In this document: positions 18,882 through 29,196 of the stretch, in pieces | How positions within the stretch are numbered: the first letter of the stretch is position 1 | How the letters are laid out: each line of letters opens with the position of its first letter | Source: Candidatus Methanomethylophilaceae archaeon | GTDB lineage: Archaea > Thermoplasmatota > Thermoplasmata > Methanomassiliicoccales > Methanomethylophilaceae | Length of the DNA: 64,000 nucleotides | Assembly: GCA_944320495.1 (NCBI GenBank) | Contig: CALUHR010000005.1 | Location: 64,001 to 128,000, forward strand | Reading direction: 5' to 3' | The notes under the pieces: model-generated | What the model was told of the DNA's origin: nothing | The model's input: only the letters and a program-made list of their open reading frames with translations | The model's database searches: none | Position numbers and translations under genes: made by a program

Positions 18882-18977
18882 ATGACCTGTCCCTTCTGCC
18901 ACTGCGAGGTTTCGGATCTATGCCCCTTCTCCATCTGCCCCACCTGCGGGCAGCCGATAGAGGACAGGCAGGCATGA
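18882..18977 (+). CDS. Small zinc-ribbon protein (31 aa), absent from the ORF track
   Basis: MTCPFCHCEVSDLCPFSICPTCGQPIEDRQA*; CPxC and CPxCG; GAGG at 18875-18878. Confidence 0.5.
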   Translation: MTCPFCHCEVSDLCPFSICPTCGQPIEDRQA

Positions 18978-19097
18978 TTGTCTCGGTATTTGGGGCAATG
19001 TTCTCCTTATCCCTGGTCGGTCCTCCATAGATTCACACCATGTGAAGTTAAGACCATTGATGGCATTCATACTTGCAAGTGCAACGAGATTGCACGC

Positions 19098-19153
19098 GGG
19101 GGGGGGGGCCGCCCGTTATTGGTCGTCCCTCCCGTCTTCCGTACGGAGGGAAA
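19098..19153 (+). promoter_or_regulatory. G11 tract plus SD-sequestering hairpin leader (copy 1)
   Basis: G11 at 19098-19108; CCCTCCCGTCTTCCGTACGGAGGGAAA before ATG 19156. Confidence 0.6.
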
Positions 19154-19155
19154 TC

Positions 19156-21741
19156 ATGAACAATCTGACCAAGATGGCTGCAGTCATTGCTGTCATCGTC
19201 GCCGTATTCGGATGCACGGCCATAGCATCTGACAACTCAGAAGCCGCATCTACGATCTATGTCGATACGAATGCGACTGATGATCAGACGACGAATACAT
19301 ACTCCACCCTAGCAGGTGCGATTGCAGCAGCAACAGATGGCGATATAATCACGCTGAAAAGCGACATTACGAACTGTCCCAAGATAGAGCTTGACAACGG
19401 AAAAGAATTCACCATAGACCTGAACAGTTTTGATATAACGTTCGCCCAAAATGCCTACTTCCATGTGGTGAACGCATCCCTGGTAATCACCGGAAACGGT
19501 ACAGTGAAGGAGGGGTCCCCCTATTACGGCCCATTCCTCATCAACACTCCGATAGATGCCGTTAAAGGACAGGAATATGTCTCCCTTACCGTCGGTGAGA
19601 ACGTCACAGTCGAGGGTTGGGCCCCAATTTTTATCGATTTCAACGACGAATCTGTGGTGAAAAACGCCTACGGAGTAACCATCGACGTCTACGGCACGCT
19701 CAACAGCGTCAACGATTACACCGGAGCCGCCGGACATGGTATCTATCTGAACGGAACCATAACAGCCACCGACGACTATGCCACCATCAACGTACATGAG
19801 GGCGCCACCATCACATCCAATGGGAACGGCGCCTACATTGCAGGATACGCCGCCCTCAACGTGTACGGCGGAAACATCTCTGGAGACACGGGAATCGAAA
19901 TCCGCGCCGGCATCCTGAACATCAAAGGCGGCACCATCACCGCAACCGGAACCGAATTCAACTCCGCACCGAACGGTAACGGCTCCACTACCAGTGGAGT
20001 GGCCATCGTCGTCTCCCAGCACACCACGGACCTGCCCATCGATGTCAGCATCTCTGGCGGCTCCATGAGCGGGCTCTACGCCCTCTATCAGGCAACCACC
20101 GACGCTGGCAACAAACCCGAACTGATCAAGATCGACATCAAGGGCGGAAACTTCTCCACAACCGACACCACCGGCGAATACGGGTCCGTCTGGGCCGAGG
20201 ACTCCAGGAACTTCGTCTCCGGCGGCTCGTACAACACCGATCCCTCCGCCTATCTCGCCGATGAGCTCGTAGCCGTCCAATACGCCGATTCCGGCATGTT
20301 CCTGATCCAGAACCAAGATGCATTCTTCTCCGTGGACATCGTCTCCGATACGGAGAATCCGTTCATGGGCGAAGAGGTGAACCTCACGGCAGTGGTTACC
20401 GGCGCCCCCTCCGGCGCCGACCTGACATACAAGTGGTACGTGGACGAGAAGGCCGTCGAAGGCAATGGAAACACAATCACCGTGAACGCTGGTAGAGTAA
20501 CGTACAATGTGGAGGTATACGCCGACGGCGTGTACCTGGGCCAGACCTATGCGGAGCCGTTCACGTTCATGCTCAGGATCGACTACACCCTGGATGGGGC
20601 CCTCATCGATTCCCAGACGGTCCTCCAGGGCAGTCTACCGGAGCTCCCCGACCTTCCGGAGCTCCCGACCGGATACGAATACCAGGTGGATGGAATCCCC
20701 GTGATCGATTGGACGCCGTTCGAGCTGTATGAGGATTGGACGGTTCCTATAACCACGGGAATCGCCGATGTGTCCATCTCGGTCACGGCAGGGATCGATT
20801 CGGCAGGCAACCCCATGCTCACCGCGAGCGTCAGCGCGCCTGTGAACTACGTGGACGGCCTCTGCATATGGTCATTGGATAATGAGGAAGTCGAAGCCAC
20901 GGGATGGACCATGCCCCTGACTGTTTCCGGATGGTATTATGTGGCTGCTTACGTCGAAGACGCCGACGGACATTTCGGATTCGACTACATGGCATTCTAT
21001 TTCGAGGTTCCCGATGACGGGGAGACGGACATAAGCGGTTCCGGAGGGGTCGTGAACACCTCCACGGCGACCAACACGGCTATAATCACGACTGGAACCG
21101 GAGCCAATGATGCCACTCTGAACCTGGCCTACACCGATGAGAACGACAACAAGGTCGCGGACATCGCCATAACAGGAAACGTGGGGCAGGGGGTCGCGGC
21201 GGTCACCGTCAATCCCATGGGAAGCAACACGGCTAAAAATGCCGTCTCCAACGTCGTCTCCGAGGAGCAGGCGTCCAAGGCGGTCGGAGTGGATGTCAAG
21301 GTCAGCAACGTCACTGACTACCGCATGACCATCAAGGTCCCGATGACCCTCGACGAGGGACAGTACGCCGGCTCCGCCGTGGCCTACTTCATCGAGGAGG
21401 ACGGGTCTCTGACCCCGGTGGACTGCATCGTCAGGGGCACCGAGGTGTGGATCTACACCACCCACAACACCGAGTACGTCGCGGTGCCGACGTCCATCGT
21501 CTCCGCCCCTGTGGAGCAGGAGGAGCCGGTGTTCGAGGATGATGATTCTGGCTCAGACCTGCCTCCGTTCATCCCGTTCCCGCCGCAGGACGACGGGGAC
21601 CCGATCGAGGTCTACCCGAGCCAGGACGGCGGATCCTCCAGCGGCAGGGACGACACCATGAAGGTCGTCGCCGTCGCGGCGGCAGCCGTGATCGCCGCGA
21701 TCCTTGCGATCATCCTCGCGTCCACATACCGCAAGAACTGA
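19156..21741 (+). CDS. Adhesin-like surface protein with signal peptide and C-terminal TM anchor
   Basis: Signal peptide ending SEAA, beta-helix-like GGTI repeats, C-terminus DLPPFIPFPP...VVAVAAAAVIAAILAIILASTYRKN. Confidence 0.85.
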   Translation: MNNLTKMAAVIAVIVAVFGCTAIASDNSEAASTIYVDTNATDDQTTNTYSTLAGAIAAATDGDIITLKSDITNCPKIELDNGKEFTIDLNSFDITFAQNAYFHVVNASLVITGNGTVKEGSPYYGPFLINTPIDAVKGQEYVSLTVGENVTVEGWAPIFIDFNDESVVKNAYGVTIDVYGTLNSVNDYTGAAGHGIYLNGTITATDDYATINVHEGATITSNGNGAYIAGYAALNVYGGNISGDTGIEIRAGILNIKGGTITATGTEFNSAPNGNGSTTSGVAIVVSQHTTDLPIDVSISGGSMSGLYALYQATTDAGNKPELIKIDIKGGNFSTTDTTGEYGSVWAEDSRNFVSGGSYNTDPSAYLADELVAVQYADSGMFLIQNQDAFFSVDIVSDTENPFMGEEVNLTAVVTGAPSGADLTYKWYVDEKAVEGNGNTITVNAGRVTYNVEVYADGVYLGQTYAEPFTFMLRIDYTLDGALIDSQTVLQGSLPELPDLPELPTGYEYQVDGIPVIDWTPFELYEDWTVPITTGIADVSISVTAGIDSAGNPMLTASVSAPVNYVDGLCIWSLDNEEVEATGWTMPLTVSGWYYVAAYVEDADGHFGFDYMAFYFEVPDDGETDISGSGGVVNTSTATNTAIITTGTGANDATLNLAYTDENDNKVADIAITGNVGQGVAAVTVNPMGSNTAKNAVSNVVSEEQASKAVGVDVKVSNVTDYRMTIKVPMTLDEGQYAGSAVAYFIEEDGSLTPVDCIVRGTEVWIYTTHNTEYVAVPTSIVSAPVEQEEPVFEDDDSGSDLPPFIPFPPQDDGDPIEVYPSQDGGSSSGRDDTMKVVAVAAAAVIAAILAIILASTYRKN

Positions 21742-22138
21742 TTGAAACGAGGTCCTTCGACCTCCCCTTACCGCCCTCTCACGGGGGCGGATACCTCGCC
21801 CCGATGAATCCGGGTTCACCCCTTTGACGGACTTCCTCCCGCAGGGGGTGATGCGCATCCCGATGTCGTCATCGTAATCCGTCATGCCCATATTGGTCAG
21901 AAAGCGGACGCCCTCCACGGGCTCCGGTTCCCCGCGATATCTAAGAGATCCCTCCCCTCGTAGGGGAGGATCGTCATCTGGAAGGCGGCCGGACTGCGGG
22001 ATTCTGCCAGTCCACTCCGCTTCGATTCCCGGGAGATGCCATGTCCTCTCGCCTCGGGTTCGACGTCCATATTCATGGAGCCGTCGTGTATGCGATGACG
22101 ATTTCAAATAGCCCATCGGCCATCCGCCATCGATATCC

Positions 22139-22570
22139 GTGCACCACGACCCCTCCGATCTCCTCGCCGCCGTATCCGAGGCCTGCGGACGCACGCCGGA
22201 CATCTCCTCGATGGAGGGCCGCCTGACCCTGCAGAGGGGATGCTACATCCTCAACTCCAGGGGATGCGGGCCGTTCTACGACTACGACGTCTACATCCGC
22301 GGGCCCTACTCGAGGGAGCTGGCCGACGACATATGGGGGCTGGGGGCAGTCCCCTCCGGGGGCACGGGGCTTCCGGAGGCGGAGGTCTCCGTGCTCATGG
22401 GGCTGTTCCGCAGGGGGCCGTCGTACGTGGAGGCGTATGCGACGACGCTCCTGCTGGTCCGGATGAACCCGGGGGTCGCGAGGCATAAGATCGCGGAGAG
22501 GGCGACGGAGCTGAAGCCTGATCTGGAAAGGGAGGTCCGGGAGGCTTTCGACGAGATTCTGGAACAGTGA
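22139..22570 (+). CDS. YwgA/Panacea-like small protein
   Basis: [11 protein letters not shown]...[13 protein letters not shown] resembles the KLQKLxY...GPYS signature. Confidence 0.5.
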   Translation: MHHDPSDLLAAVSEACGRTPDISSMEGRLTLQRGCYILNSRGCGPFYDYDVYIRGPYSRELADDIWGLGAVPSGGTGLPEAEVSVLMGLFRRGPSYVEAYATTLLLVRMNPGVARHKIAERATELKPDLEREVREAFDEILEQ

Positions 22571-22613
22571 ATCCCTGTGGATTTTCGCAACGGTTCTAAT
22601 CGCCACCCAGATA

Positions 22614-22630
22614 TTGGATTATACATCCAA
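22614..22630. promoter_or_regulatory. 17-bp operator upstream of fusion 2
   Basis: TTGGATTATACATCCAA followed by SD AGGTG and ATG 22644. Confidence 0.8.
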
Positions 22631-22643
22631 TAGGTGTTCTCCC

Positions 22644-24770
22644 ATGACCAAGGTGGCGATCTACGGCAAAGGCGGGATAGGCAAATCCACGACGGCGTCC
22701 AACATCTCGCTGGCCCTCTCGCGGAAGGGGGCAAGGGTGCTCCAGGTGGGCTGCGACCCCAAGAGCGACTCCACCCGCTCCCTCCTCGGAGGCCGCCCGC
22801 CGGCCACCGTCCTCGGCTACGTCAGAGGAACGCCTCCGCTGGAGAGGAAGCTGGAGGATGTCGTGATGCCGGGAACCAACGGCGTCATGTGCGTCGAGGC
22901 CGGAGGGCCGGAGCCCGGCATAGGATGCGCCGGGCGCGGAATCATCACCACATTCGAGACCCTCTGGAGCCTCGGCATCGACGACCTCGACGCGGACGTC
23001 ACGGTCTTCGACGTCCTCGGCGACGTGGTCTGCGGAGGGTTCGCCGTCCCCCTCCGCAGGGAGAACGCCGACGCCGTGTTCATCGTGACCTCGGGGGAAT
23101 TCATGTCGGTGTACGCGGCGAACAACATCATGAGGGGAATCGTCAACTTCGGGACCGACCGCGGGAGGGTCGCCGGCATCATCCTCAACCGCAGGGGGGT
23201 GGAGGGCGAGGACCGCATCGTCAGGACCCTGTCGGAATGCACCGGGATCCCGATTGTCGCCGATGTGCCCAGATCGGAGCTGTTCAGACGGGCCGAATCC
23301 GGAGCAATGACTGTATCGGAGATGTTCCCGGACTCGCTGGAGGCCTCGATCTACTCGAAGATGGCGGATATGATACTCGGCATCGCGGATGGGACCACGA
23401 GGCTGTACGTCCCGCATCCGCTGGACGACGCCCAGCTCGAAGCCCTGGCCTCCGGCCGCGCCGACATGGGGCCGGGCCGTTTCGCCAGCCGCCGCCCCTG
23501 CTCCGAGAGGGGTTATGTGGGCATCGGCTCCTGCGCCTCCCGCGGGGCTGTCTTCGAAGCCGGGAGGGTCTGCGACATCCCGATCGTGGTCCACGGACCG
23601 GACAGCTGCGGTTACGTCATGTCCCACACCCAGGACGGACACTACCTGGAGGCCCTGGCGTCGAACAGGTTCCTGCGGGCCCATATGCGCAACAACATCT
23701 CCTGCACCGGGATGACCGAGCGGGACTGCATCTTCGGCGGACGGAAGCCGCTGAAGAGGGAGCTGCTCCGCCTCGCATCGGAGGGGCGCCGCACCGCCAT
23801 GGTGGTCACAACCTGCGTCTCCGGTATGATCGGGGACGACGTGGACTCCGTCGTGAGGGAGGTGGAGATGGAGATCCCGGGGATGCGTGTCATCCCGGTG
23901 AAGGCTGACGGGAACCTCACCGGGGAGAGCGAGGAGGGGCGCCTGATGGTCATCGGGGAGTTCATGAACATGATAGAGCCTCATGAGGGGCCAAAAAGGA
24001 ACAGAATCAACATCGTGGACGACACGTTCATGTGGTTCGATTCGGGGAACAACCTGCTGTGGACCGAGAAGCTGCTGAGGATGGTGGGCTCCGAGCCCGG
24101 CGTCCGCCTGTTCGACGACTGCACCCTGGAGGAGCTCCGCTCCTCCGCATCCAGCATCCTTTCGGTACTGGCGGACGATTCGCCAGTGAACGTTCGCATG
24201 GCGAAGATGCTGGAGGCGAAGGGCATGGACGCCCTGCCGGCCCCGCTCCCGCGCGGGTACGGAGAGACCATGGCGTGGATCCCCATGTGCTGCGAGCGTC
24301 TCGGGACCGACCCCGGGCCGGCCCTCGCCAGGGCGGAGTCCGAATACCAGAGCGCGCTGAGAAGGCTCTCGCCGAGACTGTCAGGCAGGAGGGTGGCCGT
24401 CGTGTCGCGTTCGTCCTCCGATCCGGACTGGATGATCGAATGCCTGCAGGACGCGGGCGCGGACGTTGTGTGCTCCGTGTCGTTCCGTGTGGGCGCGGGA
24501 TCCGTGAGGGGGATGCGCTCCAGGTTCGCGGACCACGTCGAATGTAGGAGCGACGTGCCGGTATCGGAACTCGAGATGTTCCTGCTGGACAGGTCCCCGG
24601 ACATCGTGGTCGGACCGGGCAACCTGCTTTCCAATCTGGGAATCAGACACATATCGCCTCCCTCGGAGACGGTGTCGCACAGGGCGTCTGAGGCGTTCCT
24701 TGAGAGGGTGGCGGACGGGCTTGTCCGCAAACCCTCTCCGGGATGGATATCGTGGGGGGAGGAGGCATGA
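22644..24770 (+). CDS. NifH-like Fe protein fused to NifD/BchN-like subunit, paralog 2
   Basis: [34 protein letters not shown]; then [24 protein letters not shown]. Confidence 0.9.
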   Translation: MTKVAIYGKGGIGKSTTASNISLALSRKGARVLQVGCDPKSDSTRSLLGGRPPATVLGYVRGTPPLERKLEDVVMPGTNGVMCVEAGGPEPGIGCAGRGIITTFETLWSLGIDDLDADVTVFDVLGDVVCGGFAVPLRRENADAVFIVTSGEFMSVYAANNIMRGIVNFGTDRGRVAGIILNRRGVEGEDRIVRTLSECTGIPIVADVPRSELFRRAESGAMTVSEMFPDSLEASIYSKMADMILGIADGTTRLYVPHPLDDAQLEALASGRADMGPGRFASRRPCSERGYVGIGSCASRGAVFEAGRVCDIPIVVHGPDSCGYVMSHTQDGHYLEALASNRFLRAHMRNNISCTGMTERDCIFGGRKPLKRELLRLASEGRRTAMVVTTCVSGMIGDDVDSVVREVEMEIPGMRVIPVKADGNLTGESEEGRLMVIGEFMNMIEPHEGPKRNRINIVDDTFMWFDSGNNLLWTEKLLRMVGSEPGVRLFDDCTLEELRSSASSILSVLADDSPVNVRMAKMLEAKGMDALPAPLPRGYGETMAWIPMCCERLGTDPGPALARAESEYQSALRRLSPRLSGRRVAVVSRSSSDPDWMIECLQDAGADVVCSVSFRVGAGSVRGMRSRFADHVECRSDVPVSELEMFLLDRSPDIVVGPGNLLSNLGIRHISPPSETVSHRASEAFLERVADGLVRKPSPGWISWGEEA

Positions 24771-26047
24771 ACCCGAAGCCCGACGGATTCATCGGAGCGG
24801 TGATGGCCGCGGAGGGGGTCTCCAACATGACCACCCTGCTCCACGGGCCGGACGGATGCAGGAAGAACCTTGCCGCGCTGTCCCGCAGCCTGCTCCCGAA
24901 GGGCGGGAGATGCGACCTCAGCACCCCGTTCTATAGGGGATTCCCGGTGGTCCCGTGCACTGGCATCGGACCGTCCGACTACATCTTCGGTTCCGGAGGG
25001 AGGCTGACCGAGGCGCTCGGGTTCGTGGGCGGAAGGACGGAGGGTCCGGTGGCCGTCGTGTGCTCCCCCGGAGCGTCCCTCATCGGGGACGACTGCTCCA
25101 AGGCGATCGCGGACAGCGGGATGGAGGGCAGGGCCGTCGTCATCGGCGAGGACACGATGTCCAGTCCGCTCTGCGAGGCATACGACGCAGCGATAGAAAG
25201 AATCCTCAGATCGCTTGCGCCCCGGGATGGCGAGACGATCCCGGGGACCGTGAGCCTCGTCGGCCTGAGCGTGCTGACCAAGGACTGGCACACCGTGACC
25301 TCCGAGTTCTCAGCCATGTTCGGCATGATGGGACTCGATGTGCTGGCATCGCCCGGGGCCGGTAGCCCCTCGGAAGACCTGCGCCGGTCGGCTCAGGCCG
25401 AGTTCTGCGTGATCATGTGCCCCGAATACGCTCGTCTCACGTCATCATTCTACAAAGAGCGCGGATCGGAGATTGTTTCGCTGGGCCACGCGCCGGTCGG
25501 CTTCGCGGCGACCAGGGAGCTGATCCTCAAAGTGGCCGACGCCTCCGGCAGAGACCGGTCGGCGGCGCTGGAGTACATCAGGGGATTCGAGAGACGCGCC
25601 CGCACATGCATGCTCACCACACAGGAGAACGTGTCCGGAAGGACCTTCAGGCTGGAGGCCGACGCATCGGTCGCGCTCCCCCTGACCAGATGGCTATGCG
25701 ACGACCTTGGCCTGGTCCCGGCGTCCGTAATCTGCCAGACAGGCCTCAGGGCGGCGGACGAGCTGATCGGATATCTTGATGGGATGGGGCTGGGCGACGT
25801 CTTCGGCGTCCCGCCTCGGTCCGAACCGTATTACGCGTTCTGCGACGGGAACACCGCCCGCCTGGAGGAGCTGTCCGGGGTCTGCCGCAGGGGCGTGGAT
25901 ATCGTGTTCCCGTCGAAGCTCAACACGGACTTCCGCCCGTCGCCTGTGATGGGGCCGTCCGGGGCGATGTACCTGCTGGACCGCGTGGTCAATCCGTTCC
26001 CGAACCGACGACCTGGAGGCCGTCCTCGGGATTGTCCATCAGCATGA
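24767..26047 (+). CDS. Nitrogenase component 1-like beta subunit, paralog 2
   Basis: PDGFIGA...LHGPDGC...[20 protein letters not shown]; ATGA coupling. Confidence 0.85.
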   Translation: MNPKPDGFIGAVMAAEGVSNMTTLLHGPDGCRKNLAALSRSLLPKGGRCDLSTPFYRGFPVVPCTGIGPSDYIFGSGGRLTEALGFVGGRTEGPVAVVCSPGASLIGDDCSKAIADSGMEGRAVVIGEDTMSSPLCEAYDAAIERILRSLAPRDGETIPGTVSLVGLSVLTKDWHTVTSEFSAMFGMMGLDVLASPGAGSPSEDLRRSAQAEFCVIMCPEYARLTSSFYKERGSEIVSLGHAPVGFAATRELILKVADASGRDRSAALEYIRGFERRARTCMLTTQENVSGRTFRLEADASVALPLTRWLCDDLGLVPASVICQTGLRAADELIGYLDGMGLGDVFGVPPRSEPYYAFCDGNTARLEELSGVCRRGVDIVFPSKLNTDFRPSPVMGPSGAMYLLDRVVNPFPNRRPGGRPRDCPSA

Positions 26048-26792
26048 TGTGGGGACGGCCCTCGAACGTGACGATCTCGCATCCGATTCCGTACACGTCG
26101 CGGATGTTGGCCTCGGTGAGGACCTCCTCTGGCGTACCGTCGGAATGGACCGTCCCCTCGCTCAGAAGGATTATCCTGTCGGAGTAGCGGGAGGCGATGT
26201 TCAGGTCGTGGCATATCATCAGCACTATCATCCCCCTGCTGTGGGCCAGGTCCCTGAGGAGATGCGCCACCCCCATCTGGTGCCTGATGTCCAGATTGGC
26301 CGTCGGCTCGTCGAGCAGGAGTATCCTCGACTCCTGGGCCAGCCCGCGGGCGAGCATCACCTTCTGATGCTGTCCGGCCGAGAGCTCGTTGAAGGAACGC
26401 AGTGCCAGATCATCTATCGACATGAGACAGAGGGTGGAATGTACGATGCGCAGGTCCTCCTCCGTGCGGCGGTTGCCGCTGTGCGGATACCTGCCCATCA
26501 TAACCGTGTCGGCTACGGACATGGGAAACGACGTTCCGGATGAGCACGGCACGTAGCCCATGATCTTCGCCAGCTCACGGCCGGGTATCTCGGAAACGTC
26601 CCTCCCGTCGACCCTGACGGATCCCGATCTAGGCGTCAGGATGCGGTCGATGCAGTGTATTAGCGTGGACTTCCCCACGCCGTTGGGTCCGAGGACAGAC
26701 ACGAACTGAGGGGATTCCACCGAGAACGTCACATCCCTCAGAACATCCGCGTCGCCGTATCCGAACGTGATGCCTTCTACTTCCAATCTCAT
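25989..26792 (-). CDS. FepC/BtuD-family ABC ATPase
   Basis: GPNGVGKST, LSAGQHQ, LLDEPT. Confidence 0.9.
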   Translation of the reverse strand: MRLEVEGITFGYGDADVLRDVTFSVESPQFVSVLGPNGVGKSTLIHCIDRILTPRSGSVRVDGRDVSEIPGRELAKIMGYVPCSSGTSFPMSVADTVMMGRYPHSGNRRTEEDLRIVHSTLCLMSIDDLALRSFNELSAGQHQKVMLARGLAQESRILLLDEPTANLDIRHQMGVAHLLRDLAHSRGMIVLMICHDLNIASRYSDRIILLSEGTVHSDGTPEEVLTEANIRDVYGIGCEIVTFEGRPHIMLMDNPEDGLQVVGSGTD

Positions 26793-27876
26793 GATATCTC
26801 CCTCGGTTCCAGACCTTCCTGTGCTGGGTCACGAGTATGTAGATGAACAGAGGACCGCCGATTATGGACGTGATCACTCCCACGGGCAGACCCGTGGCGG
26901 TTATCTCCACGGCGAGGCAGTCCGCGGCGGCGAGGACGAACGCCCCGCACGCCGCCGAGGCGGGGAGCAGATACCTGTTGTCCGAATCGATGAAGATCCT
27001 CATCACATGGGGTGCGACCAGTCCGACGAACCCGATCGTGCCTGTGAAGCAGACCAGGGTGGCAGTGACCAGAGACACCACGGCTATGGTCACCAGGCGG
27101 ACCGTCTTGGGCCTTATGCCGGAGGATACGGCCAGGTTCTCGTCGCAGGAGAGGATGTTCAGCCTGGCGCTGAGCATGGACAGGAGGGCCACCCCCGCCA
27201 GGGTGGCGCATATCAGGTACGGCAGGGTGTCCCAGGAGACGCTCCCCAGGGTCCCCAGGCCCCACATGTAAACGGAGGCGAAGGTCTCCGAGGAGGCCGC
27301 CAGATTCAGCATGGTGGTAAACGACGAGAACACATACATCACGGCGATGCCCACCAGTATCATCGTGGTGGGATTGGAGCTGCTTCTGAATCCGGATGCG
27401 AGCATGATAACCGCCGCCGGGATGAGGGACAGCACGAACGCGTTGCCTATGGACCCCATGCTCCCGGTAAGGAACGGCAATATCACCACGCCGGCCACCG
27501 ACGCGAGGGCGATACCGAAGTTGGCCCCAGACGATATGCCGGTCATGTACGGGTCGGCCAGGGGATTGCGCAGAGCGCTCTGCATGGCGGCGCCGCAGAT
27601 CCCCAGCCCGGCACCGACGAAGAATACCGCCAGCCCCCGGGGAGCGTTCTTCTCCCAGACCACATACTCATCTGTGGCATTGTCTATCGGGACACCCGTC
27701 AGATGGTCGAAGAACACGCGATACGCCTCGCCGAAGCCTATTTCGTAGGGCCCCAGGGCGATCTCCAGCAACGCCGCGACGGCCGCCAGCACGAGCATGA
27801 TGGCGATCACCAGCCTCTTGCGGCGGATACGCCTGCGGTACGACTCCTCGAAACCCTCGAAGCTCATCGCTGCCAC
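26629..27876 (-). CDS. FecCD/BtuC permease, apparently with a lost stop codon
   Basis: RNPLADPYMTGISSGA, GTIGFVGLVAPH; expected end near 26803 where W-N is followed by CGA. Confidence 0.8.
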   Translation of the reverse strand: MAAMSFEGFEESYRRRIRRKRLVIAIMLVLAAVAALLEIALGPYEIGFGEAYRVFFDHLTGVPIDNATDEYVVWEKNAPRGLAVFFVGAGLGICGAAMQSALRNPLADPYMTGISSGANFGIALASVAGVVILPFLTGSMGSIGNAFVLSLIPAAVIMLASGFRSSSNPTTMILVGIAVMYVFSSFTTMLNLAASSETFASVYMWGLGTLGSVSWDTLPYLICATLAGVALLSMLSARLNILSCDENLAVSSGIRPKTVRLVTIAVVSLVTATLVCFTGTIGFVGLVAPHVMRIFIDSDNRYLLPASAACGAFVLAAADCLAVEITATGLPVGVITSIIGGPLFIYILVTQHRKVWNRGRYHEIGSRRHHVRIRRRGCSEGCDVLGGIPSVRVCPRTQRRGEVHANTLHRPHPDA

Positions 27877-29156
27877 GCCTCCCTGCGCGTACGCATGACC
27901 AGGAGCAGGAACAGCGGAGCGCCGATGAATGAGAGGACCACGCCGACCGGCATCGTACTCGTGGCCAGGATCCGGCTCAGCACGTCGGCGAGCAGGATCA
28001 GCACCACCCCGAGCATCGCCGAGGCGGGTATCACCAGGCGGGTGTCACTGCCGAGTATGAGGCGCACCATGTGCGGGGCTATCAGACCCAGGAACCCGAT
28101 CATCCCCACGAAGCTGACGATGGATGCTGTCACGAACGATACGATTATGAGGCAGATCATGCGGAAGTTGTCGACGTTCAGGCCCAGGGCCTTGGCGTCA
28201 TTGTCGCCCATCATCAGCAGATTCAGCCTGCCGGACATAGCGTAGAGGGCGACGCACCCGACCAGCGTCACCGTGAACATCATCGGCAGGTACGACCAGG
28301 ACGCCCCGCTCAGAGAGCCCACCTGCCACTCATAGGCCTCCTGCATGGCGTCGTCGTCTGCCACCATCATTATGAGCGTGCTGAACGCCGAGAAGATGTA
28401 CGACACGGCCGTCCCGACCAGGATAATCGTGGCTGGGGACCCGCTGCTGATTCTGGAGACGAATATCATCACGCCCGCGGGAATCAGGCTGAAGAGGAAG
28501 GCGTTCAGCACCAGACCGTACTGCCCGATCCCGACCACGGCGAGACCGAGCACGATCGCTATGTTCGCACCCAGCACCGCCCCGGACGATATGCCGGTGG
28601 TGTACGGGTCGGCCAGGGGATTCTTGAGGACACTCTGCATAACGGCTCCTCCCACGGCCAGCCCCGCCCCGGCGACCATGGCCACGAGGGTCTTCGGGAG
28701 CTGGGAGTTCCAGATCAGGATGTCGTGGAACCAGTCGTCCGACCCGGTCTCGTATACTACCCCGCGGACATGCCCGATGACGAGACCGAACGCCTCCGAC
28801 ACGGACAGACCGCTTATGCCGGCGGTAAGCGAGTATCCCGCCAGGACCACAGCGACCGCAGCCAGGGCGGCGATGAACACCGCCTTCACGGTGTTGCCGG
28901 CGCGGTAGTTCCTGACGAACTGATCCTCGGTCCCGCTCTCTGTGAAGGAACGGATGTATCTAGACACCACCCCGGTCCTGTCCGCGTACACGATGCACGC
29001 GAGCACGATGGCGACGAGGGACACGACCGACGCGGTGGCGCATGCCAACACGACGTCGTCGGCCCCGGACTTGGCTAGGGCGGCGACGGCCAGAGCCCCC
29101 GCTGTCCCGATGACGACCACGGAGGCCACCGCGTTCTGGACTGAGCGGGGGTTCAT
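27864..29156 (-). CDS. FecCD/BtuC permease with extra N-terminal TM segments
   Basis: KNPLADPYTTGISSGA, GMIGFLGLIAPH; about 70 extra hydrophobic N-terminal residues. Confidence 0.85.
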   Translation of the reverse strand: MNPRSVQNAVASVVVIGTAGALAVAALAKSGADDVVLACATASVVSLVAIVLACIVYADRTGVVSRYIRSFTESGTEDQFVRNYRAGNTVKAVFIAALAAVAVVLAGYSLTAGISGLSVSEAFGLVIGHVRGVVYETGSDDWFHDILIWNSQLPKTLVAMVAGAGLAVGGAVMQSVLKNPLADPYTTGISSGAVLGANIAIVLGLAVVGIGQYGLVLNAFLFSLIPAGVMIFVSRISSGSPATIILVGTAVSYIFSAFSTLIMMVADDDAMQEAYEWQVGSLSGASWSYLPMMFTVTLVGCVALYAMSGRLNLLMMGDNDAKALGLNVDNFRMICLIIVSFVTASIVSFVGMIGFLGLIAPHMVRLILGSDTRLVIPASAMLGVVLILLADVLSRILATSTMPVGVVLSFIGAPLFLLLVMRTRREAWQR

Positions 29157-29196
29157 GCCTATAGCGAAAAGATGGGGGCCGCGCCCCCGTTTACCC

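Noticed and set aside
21800-22080. Possible decayed small gene on the minus strand
   Set aside because: Protein-like stretches in two frames, but no family recognised.
14522-26047. Nitrogen fixation or cfbCD (F430) assignment
   Set aside because: No FeMo-co ligands or nifB/E/N, partner subunits lack two P-cluster Cys, and the fused heteromeric architecture differs from CfbCD.
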